51,631 bases of DNA. It comes from Patescibacteria group bacterium. Lineage in GTDB: Bacteria; Patescibacteriota; Patescibacteriia; UBA9934; GWF2-40-263. The stretch is taken from the NCBI GenBank assembly GCA_038065075.1, contig JBBTRQ010000014.1, positions 1 to 51,631 of the forward strand, read 5' to 3'. This document shows, in pieces, positions 18,255 to 28,495 of the stretch. The notes beneath the pieces are model-generated. The model was not told the origin of the DNA and ran no database searches. It saw nothing but the letters and a program-made list of their open reading frames with translations. The position numbers and the translations under genes were made by a program. Each line of letters opens with the position of its first letter. The first letter of the stretch is position 1.

Positions 18255-19594
18255 AAGGGGCTATGAAATCTTTGAAGCGCGCGGCGAGCCGCGTCGCGAT
18301 CATCCCAGGGAATCTTTTTTCCATTCGCCACGGCCATGACAGGTTCACTCCCCTTGCCGGTGATAAGCACCAAGTCCTCTGGCTCAGCGATCTTGATGGC
18401 AAAGTCGATGGCCTCCTGCCGGTCGAGGATGCGATAGAGGTCTACGCCGTCCATCTTTCCGTTGCTTCCTGCCGCGTCGGCCACGTCGTTCACGATCTGC
18501 ATGGGCTCTTCGTCATACGGATCTTCGTTGGCGACGATCACGATGTCATCATGCACAGCGGCCATCTCTCCCAAAACCGTCCGTCGAGCGACATCGCGAC
18601 CTCCGCCAGCAGAACCAACAATATGAATGATCCGCCTGTGATCGATAAGCTCGAGTGTCTCGTAGACAGCCGTCAGTGCCGCGGGCTCGTAGGCGTAGTC
18701 GACAATGATCGTAAACGGCTGGCCTTCATCGATTTTCTCTAGTCGGCCTGGAACGGGTACGAGTTCCTCGACTCCCCTACGCACAAGCGCCTCATCGACC
18801 CCGAGCATGGACAAAACAGACATCGCCACAAGGGTGTTCTCGAGATAGAACCGACCGATGGGTTTGAGATGAACGCCCTTTCCCTGCCAGGTGAACGTCG
18901 TACAGATCCCTTCGAAAGCGACCTCATTGGAGAGCACGGGCGTTGTGTTGAGTCGCGTCTGAAGCTCAGGTTGTGCGCCTTTCCATGAGCATCCACCATA
19001 GCGGTCGGCTTCAAACGACAGGAAGTACTCCGCATGAGCGTCATCGAGGTTCACGACGATCGACTTGTCGATTTCTTGACCGTCGATGCTCTTTCGAGGA
19101 AGTCGATGCAACTGATCGAACAGCTGTCCTTTTGCCGCCTTATAATTTTCAAACCCGCCGTGCGCTTCGATATGCTCGGGCGTGAGATTCGTGAATGCCA
19201 CGACGTCGTAGTTGATGCCGATGTGGCGTGACTGCGTGATGCCCTGTGACGACGTTTCAATAACGGCATAGCGACACCCGGCCTCGACCATCTCGCGCAG
19301 CATCTTCTGTGTCTGGAACCGGCCAAGCATGGTCATCTTCTTGTCGTTCACCCACTCGCGATCGGCGACTTTGAAACTCGCGGTCGTCGTCCATCCAACG
19401 CGCTCCCCCGCGGACTCGAGGAGTCGGCCGATGAACTGTACGGTCGTCGACTTCCCGTTCGTTCCCGTCACGCCGATCACGATGAGCTTCTCGCTTGGAT
19501 GTCCATACAAAAACGCCGCGAGCCGAGCAAGCACGTAATGATAGGCGCCGATAAGCGGCTCTGGGATCAGTGAATGCAAAACAGCCTTCAACAT
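18251..19594 (-). CDS. murE: UDP-MurNAc-tripeptide synthetase
   Basis: GVTGTNGKSTT, ETSSQG, TNLTPEH, PGRLE, VDYAY, ITGKGSE, WDDR. Confidence 0.92.
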   Translation of the reverse strand: MLKAVLHSLIPEPLIGAYHYVLARLAAFLYGHPSEKLIVIGVTGTNGKSTTVQFIGRLLESAGERVGWTTTASFKVADREWVNDKKMTMLGRFQTQKMLREMVEAGCRYAVIETSSQGITQSRHIGINYDVVAFTNLTPEHIEAHGGFENYKAAKGQLFDQLHRLPRKSIDGQEIDKSIVVNLDDAHAEYFLSFEADRYGGCSWKGAQPELQTRLNTTPVLSNEVAFEGICTTFTWQGKGVHLKPIGRFYLENTLVAMSVLSMLGVDEALVRRGVEELVPVPGRLEKIDEGQPFTIIVDYAYEPAALTAVYETLELIDHRRIIHIVGSAGGGRDVARRTVLGEMAAVHDDIVIVANEDPYDEEPMQIVNDVADAAGSNGKMDGVDLYRILDRQEAIDFAIKIAEPEDLVLITGKGSEPVMAVANGKKIPWDDRDAARRALQRFHSPL

Positions 19595-19798
19595 AGCTAC
19601 AACTATTTTAGCACAAACGCAACCTCGATTTCGTTCGAACACGCATTTCTTCTAAGTGGGTCATACGCTTAGTTGATATCCAGAAAGAAAAAACTCCCCC
19701 GCGAAGGGAGAGAGACCGGCGTCTGTGAATCTTGAAAGGTCGGCCATTGGACACGCGTCGTACACGCGCGCCAACGGCCAGGGCTCACGAAGAGCCGG

Positions 19799-20533
19799 TC
19801 ATGGTGGAAGAGGCCAGCCGAGCGTGGGCTCGTAGAGCCAGTACGTGGAGCGCAGACTCCATTCGAGTCCGCCGTAGAGCTCGGCACAGGCTGTGTCCTG
19901 CCCGTTGGTGATGCGGAGCAACTTGTACATTGCATCAACCACCACCGTGACGTGGTCGCGCTTGGCCTCGAACCGCGCCGCTTCCTCGAAGAAGCGGGTG
20001 ACGACGGTCGACCGGAAGAGCCGACGATCGCGTCCCCACAGCGCGCCTTCTGTGCGAGCGAACTCCAGGAGCTCTGCCTGGTCGGCCATGCGGATCGCGA
20101 GGTTCAAGAGCTCGTCCATGAGCTCGCGAACGGTCGAGTCCGCCGCGTCCTGGTTCAGGCAGAAGCCGGCAAGGATTGCGTCCTGCCGCTCCTGGGTGAG
20201 CGTTCGCAACTCACGCAGAGCCGGCCGCAGGGCGAGGATGTACTCGACTCGCGCGCGGTCGTTACGGAAGCTCTCGCGACGGCGGCTGATGACCGCCTGC
20301 CACAGCTCCTCGCTGCGCGGGCGCGCGAACTCGTGCTCCCAGCGCTCGAGCTGGGCGTAGTGGTCCATGTGGACCTGCCGCGGGTCGGGCTCGGGCGGCT
20401 CACCGGCCTGCGCGACTCTGGCGCACGCAAGCACCAGCACCACGGCCAGCGCGAGGCCGCCGTAGATGCTGGCGACCCAGCCGAAGGCGAGACGGTCATC
20501 ATGACGATTCCAAACGGGAGTGGTCGTGGGCAT
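19799..20533 (-). CDS. Hypothetical protein with N-terminal TM/signal segment (GC-rich orphan)
   Basis: GAGAGGG RBS before ATG 20533, strong GC3 bias, helical character. Confidence 0.65.
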   Translation of the reverse strand: MPTTTPVWNRHDDRLAFGWVASIYGGLALAVVLVLACARVAQAGEPPEPDPRQVHMDHYAQLERWEHEFARPRSEELWQAVISRRRESFRNDRARVEYILALRPALRELRTLTQERQDAILAGFCLNQDAADSTVRELMDELLNLAIRMADQAELLEFARTEGALWGRDRRLFRSTVVTRFFEEAARFEAKRDHVTVVVDAMYKLLRITNGQDTACAELYGGLEWSLRSTYWLYEPTLGWPLPP

Positions 20534-20769
20534 GTCGTTCCCTCTCATCCGCCGCGAGTGGGTTCTCACAGGGGAAGTTGAAGGGGGGACCGCATGTGCG
20601 TACCACACACGGTCCCCCTCGTTGTTGGTGCCACCACTGCGAATCAAGGTCCCCACCGCGACTTGTGCGTTGGTGGAGGATGCCTAGATCAGGTCACCCC
20701 TCCTTGTCCTTGTCGCTGACGACGACCCTCATCATCTCCCCGTACGCCACGTGAGCGGCGTGGGGTGGG

Positions 20770-21408
20770 TCAGAGGCGGAAGCCGTCGAGCTCGTGCTCC
20801 GCCTCCGGGTTGCCACCTCGAATCGTCCCGACGAACGCCCAGACGATCCATCCGAGAACCTCCTCGCGGTCCGGAGAGCCCAAAGGCGGCAGTGCGCCCC
20901 AGGCCTGCACGAAGCGGAAGCCCAGGGTCGAAAGCGTCTCCTTGGTCTTGCCTCTGACCGGCCCGTCCAGCACGGCCGCGTCCGCGTCCATGTGTGGGTA
21001 GGTGATCCCGACCGCCTTGATGGCGGCCATGACCCCGCCCTGATCGTCGGGGGCGACGATGATGGCGTCATTGAACTCGCCGACGTTGACGAGCTGGGCG
21101 GAAGCCGGAGACTCGGCGCGCGTCTTGATGACCGCCTGCTCCTCCAGCAAGGCGCGGACGGACGCGACGATCTTGCCGTCGGGGTCACTGCCGGCGTTGT
21201 GGTCGCGCAGGAAGACCGTCGCGCCACGCTCTTTCAACCCCTTGATGAGGTAGATGAGACCCTCGGTCGGCGGGTGGCCGATGATCACGACCTGGCGACC
21301 CGCCAGGCTACTGACCCTGGCGAGATCCACGACGGCGGACTCGCCCTCCAGGGGGGTAACAACCAAGCCGAACGACACATCGCCAGGCATCAAGATCAAG
21401 TGAAGCAT
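20770..21408 (-). CDS. Hypothetical protein, possibly degenerate DHH-like fold (GC-rich orphan)
   Basis: AAGGAGG RBS; VFLRDHN resembles a DHH motif; family assignment uncertain. Confidence 0.6.
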   Translation of the reverse strand: MLHLILMPGDVSFGLVVTPLEGESAVVDLARVSSLAGRQVVIIGHPPTEGLIYLIKGLKERGATVFLRDHNAGSDPDGKIVASVRALLEEQAVIKTRAESPASAQLVNVGEFNDAIIVAPDDQGGVMAAIKAVGITYPHMDADAAVLDGPVRGKTKETLSTLGFRFVQAWGALPPLGSPDREEVLGWIVWAFVGTIRGGNPEAEHELDGFRL

Positions 21409-21685
21409 GAGACCTCCTTGTGGTTGGTCCCGGTGCCCCGGACGTACTCAAAAAAACGAGCACGATTGGGTGGACGCTCGGATGATTCTCACGCCACCTT
21501 GCCTGTGGGCCTGCAAACCGACAAACAAGATGAAACAAGAAAAAGCCCATCCATCCAACCAAAAACGACCGCTTCAAACATCCAAGAAAAGAGATGGTCG
21601 AAACAGCCGTTTCTTCGCCTTTTGGTCTATGTTAGGCCAGGGTCGTTGGCGACCTCACGTCTCTCTCCCCAGATTTGAAGTGGCC

Positions 21686-21715
21686 ATTAAACCACTTTTG
21701 GGCTTGTTTTGTCAA
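21686..21715 (-). promoter_or_regulatory. Sigma70-like promoter for the 21408 gene
   Basis: Minus strand TTGACA-N18-TTTAAT. Confidence 0.5.
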
Positions 21716-21741
21716 GGTAATGACTATTCATCAGGTAACGA

Positions 21742-23220
21742 CTATGGATTTTCTTTCACTCCCCCGAGTTTTTCAAACGCCGCCTTGAATTGATCACCGC
21801 GGTCGAATTCATTTTTGAACATCCCGAAACTCGACGTACCTGGCGAGAGCAAAATCACGTCGCCAAGTTTCGCGTTCTCATACGCCACTTTCACGGCCTG
21901 CTCCATCGACTTCACCCGCACGCTTGGCGCGCCGTCGCCGATCGCTGACTCGATATCGTTCGCCGCATCGCCATCAAAAATCACAACGTACTTGGATTGT
22001 TCACCGATCATCTTTCCCATCTCCGCAAACCCCAAACCTTTGGACGAGCCTCCACAGATGAGCACGATGTTCCCGCCCTTGCCGAATCGCTTGAGCGCGG
22101 CCATGACGCCTTCCGGTGACGTACCTGTCGTGTCATTGACGAACAGCACCCCCTCGACTTCGCCGAGAATCTCTTGTCGGCCAGGTAATCCCGCGAACGT
22201 TTTGAGCGTTTCGTGGATGTCCTCGTCGCTCACCCCGGCGAGGTGCGCGGCGAGCGAAGCAGACAGAGCATTCATGATGTTGTGATCACCCTCGAGCTTG
22301 AGATCATGGACATGAGCATAGTTGGTCGTCTGGCCATCGATACGGCGTACCAAATTATCGCCGTCGCGATACACGCCATCGAGCCCATCCGTAAGCACCA
22401 TGCTGGAAAACCAATGAACGTGCTTGGATGGGATGCGACCTGCGATCTCACGCATGATCTCCTGGTCGGCATTGAGAACGGCAAGCTGTTCCGGTTTCTG
22501 TTCTTGGAAGATCAGCTCTTTCGCGGCGACGTACGCCTCAAACGATGGATAGCGATCCAGGTGATCCTTGTAGGCGTTCGTAAGAATGGCGATCTGGGGA
22601 CCAAGTCCCAACCCTTCGATCGACTCCAACAGCCACGACGAGAGTTCCAACACAATCGGCACGGGAGCCTTTTCTTCCAAAATCCAATCGAGATCTTCCA
22701 GCGGCGAGCGGGTGATGTTGCCAGCAACAACCGTCTTGGGGTATTTGTGCTTGAGCATCTCGCCCAACAGCGCGGTCGTGGTCGATTTCCCTCGTGTGCC
22801 GGTGATCGAAATAATCGGAAACGGACAGTAGCGGAAGAACAAGGAAATATCCGACTCGATCGGGACGCCTTGCTCTTTGGCCAGCATCACGAATTCTGAC
22901 TCTTTTGCCACTCCGGGGTTTTGCACAACCAAATCCACGTCCGTGAAGTTATCGGCGTCGTGTTTCACCAGCACAAACACCGGCTGGTAAATATCCCGGC
23001 CTGCGTACGAAGCGCGATACTCGGAGTACCAATGCATGATCTCATCGACAGACTCATGGAGTTCTTCCTCATCCTTGAGATCTGTGATCACAAGCTGTGC
23101 GCCGTGACGCAGGAGCCACTTGGCCGCGCCGATGCCGCTCCCCTTCTTGTATCGCCCCAATCCCATAACGGTAACCGTGGCGTCCTGGAAGTTTTCGATC
23201 TTGGATAAATCAATGGACAT
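21742..23220 (-). CDS. murD: UDP-MurNAc-L-Ala-D-Glu ligase
   Basis: VMGLG, NPGV, TGTRGKSTT, ELSSW, DHLDRY, NDTTGT, LLSPGTSSFGMFKNEFDRG. Confidence 0.93.
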   Translation of the reverse strand: MSIDLSKIENFQDATVTVMGLGRYKKGSGIGAAKWLLRHGAQLVITDLKDEEELHESVDEIMHWYSEYRASYAGRDIYQPVFVLVKHDADNFTDVDLVVQNPGVAKESEFVMLAKEQGVPIESDISLFFRYCPFPIISITGTRGKSTTTALLGEMLKHKYPKTVVAGNITRSPLEDLDWILEEKAPVPIVLELSSWLLESIEGLGLGPQIAILTNAYKDHLDRYPSFEAYVAAKELIFQEQKPEQLAVLNADQEIMREIAGRIPSKHVHWFSSMVLTDGLDGVYRDGDNLVRRIDGQTTNYAHVHDLKLEGDHNIMNALSASLAAHLAGVSDEDIHETLKTFAGLPGRQEILGEVEGVLFVNDTTGTSPEGVMAALKRFGKGGNIVLICGGSSKGLGFAEMGKMIGEQSKYVVIFDGDAANDIESAIGDGAPSVRVKSMEQAVKVAYENAKLGDVILLSPGTSSFGMFKNEFDRGDQFKAAFEKLGGVKENP

Positions 23221-23226
23221 ACAGAA

Positions 23227-23889
23227 TCAAAATTTTCCGCGCAAATGCGCGATACGGACGATCACCATCGCTGACGCGACTTGGTAAAACATCTGCCCAT
23301 ATTGTAGCACAGCCCTGGCGTAACCGACCTTCTCATATTTTCGACGCATCGACAGACCCTTGAGCTTCACAGCTCCATACGCAAACCCATGGGCACGGCA
23401 GTAGTAGTTGAGCGCCGCCTCAACCATGAAGCCGCGCAGATATTCTGCTGGCACGTTCTCGACTACGTTGCGCCGCAATGCGCGCTCCCCGGCAATGAGA
23501 GGCAAATGCCGTGTGAGGGCGGTCATCAGGAGGCCTCGATCCCGCAGGCCGACATTCATCACGCGCGAGCCGTTGAGAACCGGCAAAACCAACTGCTCAA
23601 CGTGCTCCACGGTCAGTCCACGAAGATCGGCATCAAAAAACGCCACCACCGGTGCGTCTGTGTGCGTGAGAGCATGCAAGAGAGCCTCGCCCTTTCCTCC
23701 CTGGCGCGGAATTTCATGCACACGTGCTCCCGCCTCTCGCGCGACCTGTGCCGTGCGGTCGACGGAACCATCCGAGATGACGAACACCTCGCTAAGGTAG
23801 GGGGACTGCTTCAATATCCGCACGACCGAGCCGATCGTGGCTGACTCGTTATACGCGGGAACAATGGCCACGAGTTTTGTCTGTGTCAT
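23227..23889 (-). CDS. Glycosyltransferase family 2
   Basis: VPAYNE, DGSVDRT, GKGEA, FFDADL. Confidence 0.9.
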   Translation of the reverse strand: MTQTKLVAIVPAYNESATIGSVVRILKQSPYLSEVFVISDGSVDRTAQVAREAGARVHEIPRQGGKGEALLHALTHTDAPVVAFFDADLRGLTVEHVEQLVLPVLNGSRVMNVGLRDRGLLMTALTRHLPLIAGERALRRNVVENVPAEYLRGFMVEAALNYYCRAHGFAYGAVKLKGLSMRRKYEKVGYARAVLQYGQMFYQVASAMVIVRIAHLRGKF

Positions 23890-24557
23890 ACAGGCGGTGT
23901 TGGGCGTGGAAGATTGGCAAGGGTGGCCTTCACCGCGTCTCGTAACGTTCGTGCCCCTTCGCGGCTGAACTCCATCCACGAGGAAAGCTCCAGGGTAAAA
24001 ATCATCAGACTCATCGACTCGAGAATCCGATCGATGTACATCAATGCCAAGTGGTATTCTTCCCGCGCGATTTCGTAGCCGACCTCATCCTCATGCAGTT
24101 CTTCGCACAGGGCGGTAAAAATCTTGAGCGGTACGAGGTTCACGTTGGCGTAGATCCGAAACAATTCCCCGGCATAGGCGCCACCCTGTTCGTACCCGCG
24201 TTTGGCCGTGGGCTTCACCACCGTTGCCCATTTTTTTGCCTGTTGGTAGAGCGGATGAGAACGGACATGGACAAGTTCCTCCTGCCAGGCACTCCAGGTG
24301 TCTGAGGGGACATCAGAATCTCGTGAAGATACGACCTCTTCCGGCGGAGGCTCAAGCACGTCAAACCCTAGCCGCTGGGACAGTTCTTGATCTGAACGCT
24401 CCTCGGTGTCTAGTTGTTCACGCAGAACCGAAGACTCAAACGAGGGCACATCACCGGGGCGATGATACTTCTCATAAAGATCCTCAAGTTCGTCTTCGAG
24501 GATATCAATCTCGTCGCGGCGAAACACCCAAGGGAAATCTGAATCTTGGGGACTCAT
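23886..24557 (-). CDS. Hypothetical protein
   Basis: 223-aa ORF packed between operonic neighbours; overlaps the GT2 start by 4 nt. Confidence 0.75.
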   Translation of the reverse strand: MSPQDSDFPWVFRRDEIDILEDELEDLYEKYHRPGDVPSFESSVLREQLDTEERSDQELSQRLGFDVLEPPPEEVVSSRDSDVPSDTWSAWQEELVHVRSHPLYQQAKKWATVVKPTAKRGYEQGGAYAGELFRIYANVNLVPLKIFTALCEELHEDEVGYEIAREEYHLALMYIDRILESMSLMIFTLELSSWMEFSREGARTLRDAVKATLANLPRPTPPV

Positions 24558-24560
24558 AGC

Positions 24561-25139
24561 TTACCCACGTCCACGCACCGCCAGGTCATACGTTATCTGT
24601 TCCAACCGACTCAAATTTTTCTTAGCTTGATCAAATTTGGTGCGCAAGTATCCGGTAAGATCGAGGTCGAGCATGTACTCGATGACCATGGCGACGACTT
24701 CTTGCACCTCTTTCACCGTCGCGTCGTTGCCGAGCGTCACCTGGCGTGTGGCCCAACGAACCATCTCACCGGTCGCGTCCGCGAGCCCCGCGAGGTAGAT
24801 CGATGGCGCATTGGCACGTGGTTCAAGTTTCACAATCTTGCCTGACTCCACATACCCGGCAAAAATCCGCGCCTCGGCATATTCCTCCAACGCCGCTCGA
24901 TACGAGCCTTCTTCCTTGAGCTCTGGCAGAGCACGAAACGTTTTCTCAATCGCTACAAACTGGGACGCGGCGTGGGAAAGCAATTCCTCCGCCGCTTTTG
25001 CGTCGTCGCGATGCAAGGCGAAGATCGCTCGCTTGGACGTGGAGAGGGCATCGTTTGAACGAGCCATGAGCTCCCGACGCGCTTTGCTTTGGGCCTGATA
25101 CGACTTCTGAACCTGGGCGAACACGCTAGGACGTTTCAT
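24561..25139 (-). CDS. Translin/TRAX-family protein
   Basis: SKRAIFALHR, ALEEYAEA, YLAGLADATGEMVR, LRTKFD. Confidence 0.88.
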   Translation of the reverse strand: MKRPSVFAQVQKSYQAQSKARRELMARSNDALSTSKRAIFALHRDDAKAAEELLSHAASQFVAIEKTFRALPELKEEGSYRAALEEYAEARIFAGYVESGKIVKLEPRANAPSIYLAGLADATGEMVRWATRQVTLGNDATVKEVQEVVAMVIEYMLDLDLTGYLRTKFDQAKKNLSRLEQITYDLAVRGRG

Positions 25140-27789
25140 ACAACAATTTCGATGGATTACGTTTTCTCAAAAGGAAGAATTCTTTTGCGAGTTCAATTGC
25201 CACGAGTTTAATCACTCCTATCATAAGGAGAAGTCCCCAGTCGGGCAAGGTGAGCGGCACGATCTCAAAAATCGTCTGAAAGAATGGGTGGAGGAGAGCC
25301 AAGAGCAGAAGACCAAATCCGATTCCCACGCCGGCAATGAGCCAGAGGTTCGAAAACGGGTTAATGCGGAAAATCGTGCGGCGGAAACTTTTCACGGCAA
25401 AGATGTACAGGAGCGAATCGATCCCCACGGCCGCAAACATGATCGAGCGGATCTCGCCCACATCCGGAACCGTGCGCAAGAGCCACAGGTACAGGGCAAA
25501 TAGGAGAAGATCCGTCACCGCTCCGATGAAGAAAATAATGAGGAGCATTTCGCGATTGAGAACCGCCTCTTTGCGAGGTCTGGGCGGGAGCTTCATCACA
25601 TCTTTCTCGGCGGGCTCCATGGTGAGCCCCACATTGGGGAAACTGTCCGCCACCAAGTTGATCCAAAGAATCTGCGCGGGCAAAAGCGGAATCGGCAGAC
25701 CCATGAGGATCGACCCACCGATCAGAATCATCTCAGTAAAACTATCAGCGAGCAGGTACACGGTCGTCTTGCGGATGTTATCGAAGATGACACGCCCTTC
25801 TTCGATCGCGGCGGTGATGGTCCCGAGGTTATTATCCAAAATGACAAGGTCAGATGCCTGCTTGGCGACCTCCGTGCCAGAACCCACGGCCACGCCGATG
25901 TCAGCGGCCTTGAGCGCCGGGGCATCGTTGACGCCATCGCCCGTCATGGCCACGACTTCCCCACGCGCCTGCCACGCGTTCACAATCCGAATCTTGTGGC
26001 GCGGTTCGACACGGGCGTAAATCGAAATATCCGTCACACGCCGCTGAAGCTCTTCGTCGCTCCATCCATCCAGCTCGCTCCCGATAACCACGGAGTCGGG
26101 CCCCACGACGAGCCCCGCTTCCAGCCCAATCGCCCGCGCTGTTTGCGGGTGATCCCCAGTAACGATAACCGTACGGATGCCCGCGGCGAGAGCTTGAGCG
26201 ATCTGCTCCCGCGCCTGCGGGCGCAGCGGATCACGGAGTCCCACGAAGCCGAAAAACGTAAATCCCTCGAGCGTGGCGCGAGAGAGCGGTGGTTGAGTCG
26301 CATCCATCGTGCGTGCCGCCACGGCGATAAGGCGCAGGCCCTTGCGTGTGAGCGTGAGGACCTGTTCTGCGAGTTCCTCTTGCTGAGCGGCCGTCAGTCT
26401 TCCCGCCTTCCCATCCACTTGGATGTGCGAACAAAACGGGAGAACGACATCGGGCGCGCCTTTGAGGAAGACCTCTGTGTTCTTGCCTGCCGCGTGGGCG
26501 GTGACCATGTACTTGAACACGCTGTCAAACGGGATCTCCCACACGCGAGGGAGCTTGAACGACAGCGTCTTGAGGTCGAGTTTCTGTTCCAAGACCGCTT
26601 CCATAAGGGCGCGCTCCGTGGGACTCCCACGCAACGGGTCCGGGTCGTGTTCGACGATAACCGTGTCATTACACAGGGCCATGACCTCGAACATCTTGCG
26701 CATCGCAGAGCTTGGTTCCTCACCCAGGGGGAACGGATACGTCCATGTTTGTTTCGGGGTGATGAGGTGGGTGACGCGCATCTCTCCTTGCGTGATCGTG
26801 CCAGTTTTGTCCGAGCAGATAATGGATACGCTCCCGAGCGTCTCGGCGGCGACGAGGCGACGCACGAGCGCCTTACGCGATAAAATGCGTTGCGTCCCGA
26901 TCGCCAAGACGATGGTGACGGAGACAATCAACCCTTCCGGGATGGCGGCGACGGAAAGCGCGACGGACATCTCGAACATCTCCACAAGCGTGCGCCCGGA
27001 AAAAATTCCGATGAGAAACAGGACACCCACAAGGCAGACCACGAGCGTGGCAAGCCAACGCGCCAACCGACCGAGCTGTTCTTGCAAGGGGGTTCGTGTT
27101 TCTTGTGTCTCCTCCACCAATGTGGCAATGCGTCCCAGTTCCGTCTCCCCACCCGTCGCCACCACGATGGCCTGGCCGCGACCGCCCACCACACTTGTCC
27201 CGGCGTACAGCATGTTGGTTCGCTCCGCCAAAGATGTCTCTTCTGCAAGAATGGAAAGGGCCTTACGCACAGGAAACGATTCTCCCGTGAGAGCCGCCTC
27301 ATTGATCACGAGATCAACCCCTTCAAGAAATCGTGCGTCCGCTGTTACGCGATCCCCCGTATGCAAAATCAAAAGATCACCCGGGACAAGTGCCTGAGCG
27401 AACACCGACACTTCTTTCCCGTCGCGCAGGACGATCGACTTGGGTTGTACCAGCGACCGCAGTTCCTCAAGCGCTTTGTTGGCTTTGTACTCTTGGACGA
27501 ACCCGATAAGCGTGTTGACGATGATCGCGGCGGCAATCACACTCGCGTCCACCAGATCGCCCAGCATGAGACTGATCGCGCCCGCAACCAACAGCACAAG
27601 AATCAGCGGGCTCATGAACTGTCGCACCAACACCTTCCACCACGGATCGGATGCGTGCGTGGAAAGGATGTTCTTGCCAAATCGATTCAGACGAAGGTCC
27701 GCTTGCGCCGAGGAAAGACCACGTGCATCGGCGTCCAGAGTCTTCAGGATTTCTTCGAGGCTTTGTGTATGCCACAGAGGGAAAGTCAT
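25126..27789 (-). CDS. P2A-type (Ca2+-like) cation-transporting ATPase
   Basis: TGES, IPEGL, CSDKTGT, KGAPD, TGDH, MTGDGVND, QILWINL. Confidence 0.95.
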   Translation of the reverse strand: MTFPLWHTQSLEEILKTLDADARGLSSAQADLRLNRFGKNILSTHASDPWWKVLVRQFMSPLILVLLVAGAISLMLGDLVDASVIAAAIIVNTLIGFVQEYKANKALEELRSLVQPKSIVLRDGKEVSVFAQALVPGDLLILHTGDRVTADARFLEGVDLVINEAALTGESFPVRKALSILAEETSLAERTNMLYAGTSVVGGRGQAIVVATGGETELGRIATLVEETQETRTPLQEQLGRLARWLATLVVCLVGVLFLIGIFSGRTLVEMFEMSVALSVAAIPEGLIVSVTIVLAIGTQRILSRKALVRRLVAAETLGSVSIICSDKTGTITQGEMRVTHLITPKQTWTYPFPLGEEPSSAMRKMFEVMALCNDTVIVEHDPDPLRGSPTERALMEAVLEQKLDLKTLSFKLPRVWEIPFDSVFKYMVTAHAAGKNTEVFLKGAPDVVLPFCSHIQVDGKAGRLTAAQQEELAEQVLTLTRKGLRLIAVAARTMDATQPPLSRATLEGFTFFGFVGLRDPLRPQAREQIAQALAAGIRTVIVTGDHPQTARAIGLEAGLVVGPDSVVIGSELDGWSDEELQRRVTDISIYARVEPRHKIRIVNAWQARGEVVAMTGDGVNDAPALKAADIGVAVGSGTEVAKQASDLVILDNNLGTITAAIEEGRVIFDNIRKTTVYLLADSFTEMILIGGSILMGLPIPLLPAQILWINLVADSFPNVGLTMEPAEKDVMKLPPRPRKEAVLNREMLLIIFFIGAVTDLLLFALYLWLLRTVPDVGEIRSIMFAAVGIDSLLYIFAVKSFRRTIFRINPFSNLWLIAGVGIGFGLLLLALLHPFFQTIFEIVPLTLPDWGLLLMIGVIKLVAIELAKEFFLLRKRNPSKLLYETS

Positions 27790-27891
27790 AATCCTTTTTG
27801 CCTATTCATCGCAATGCGCATAGTGCTCTAAGTGTAGCAGAAATGGCGATGTTTGGGTCTTTTAAAACCAACCTGATACACCGATCTCACT

Positions 27892-28473
27892 ATGATTGAC
27901 TACAAACACTATCTCGAGCTCCTCGCGTATGTCGCCGACGCGCACCAAAAAAAAGTGCTTCCCACCGCCAAAGCACTACGCACATTTCCCAGCGGCGAAA
28001 AAAATCCGTACATCACTCATCCGTTGTGGTGCTCGATGATGTTGCTTCTGGAAACACAGCTCCCCGAAAGTATCCGCGAACCAGGTGCACTCGCCCTGTT
28101 GTACCACGACATCCTCGAAGACACGTCTTCCCCACTTCCTGAAGGACTTCCACCCAAGACGGTTGAACTGATCAATGACATGACCTACGAGAACTTCAAA
28201 CAGGAGGTCGATGCGGTACTGTTGAAGGGACCAGAAGTACAGCTCCTTAAGCTTTACGATAAGGTCGCTACCCTCTATGACGGCGCGCTACGCTCATTTC
28301 GTTATCCTGAATGGCTCGACTTTACAGAAAAATTGATCGAACGGGTCGAGGAGGCATACGGAGAGTTGAACATCGTTCTTCTCGGAAAGGAACTCTGTAA
28401 AAAGTACCGTCGATTGGTGGCGGAGGGAACCGTTTTAAAACTTCCATCCGAACAGTCCCCTCTAGCTGTTTAG
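27892..28473 (+). CDS. HD-domain hydrolase, Mesh1/small alarmone hydrolase-like
   Basis: AH, R...PYITHP, HDILEDT, LKLYDK. Confidence 0.75.
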   Translation: MIDYKHYLELLAYVADAHQKKVLPTAKALRTFPSGEKNPYITHPLWCSMMLLLETQLPESIREPGALALLYHDILEDTSSPLPEGLPPKTVELINDMTYENFKQEVDAVLLKGPEVQLLKLYDKVATLYDGALRSFRYPEWLDFTEKLIERVEEAYGELNIVLLGKELCKKYRRLVAEGTVLKLPSEQSPLAV

Positions 28474-28495
28474 GTATCAAACCCCAGAATAAAAG

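Noticed and set aside
27800-27825. Further CGTC-type repeat before the Ca-ATPase start
   Set aside because: Only TCGCAATG matches; too short to support
25337-27831. Long plus-strand ORFs opposite the P-type ATPase (and similar ones opposite pyrG, murG and ndh)
   Set aside because: Antisense shadows of well-supported genes, with no recognisable motifs
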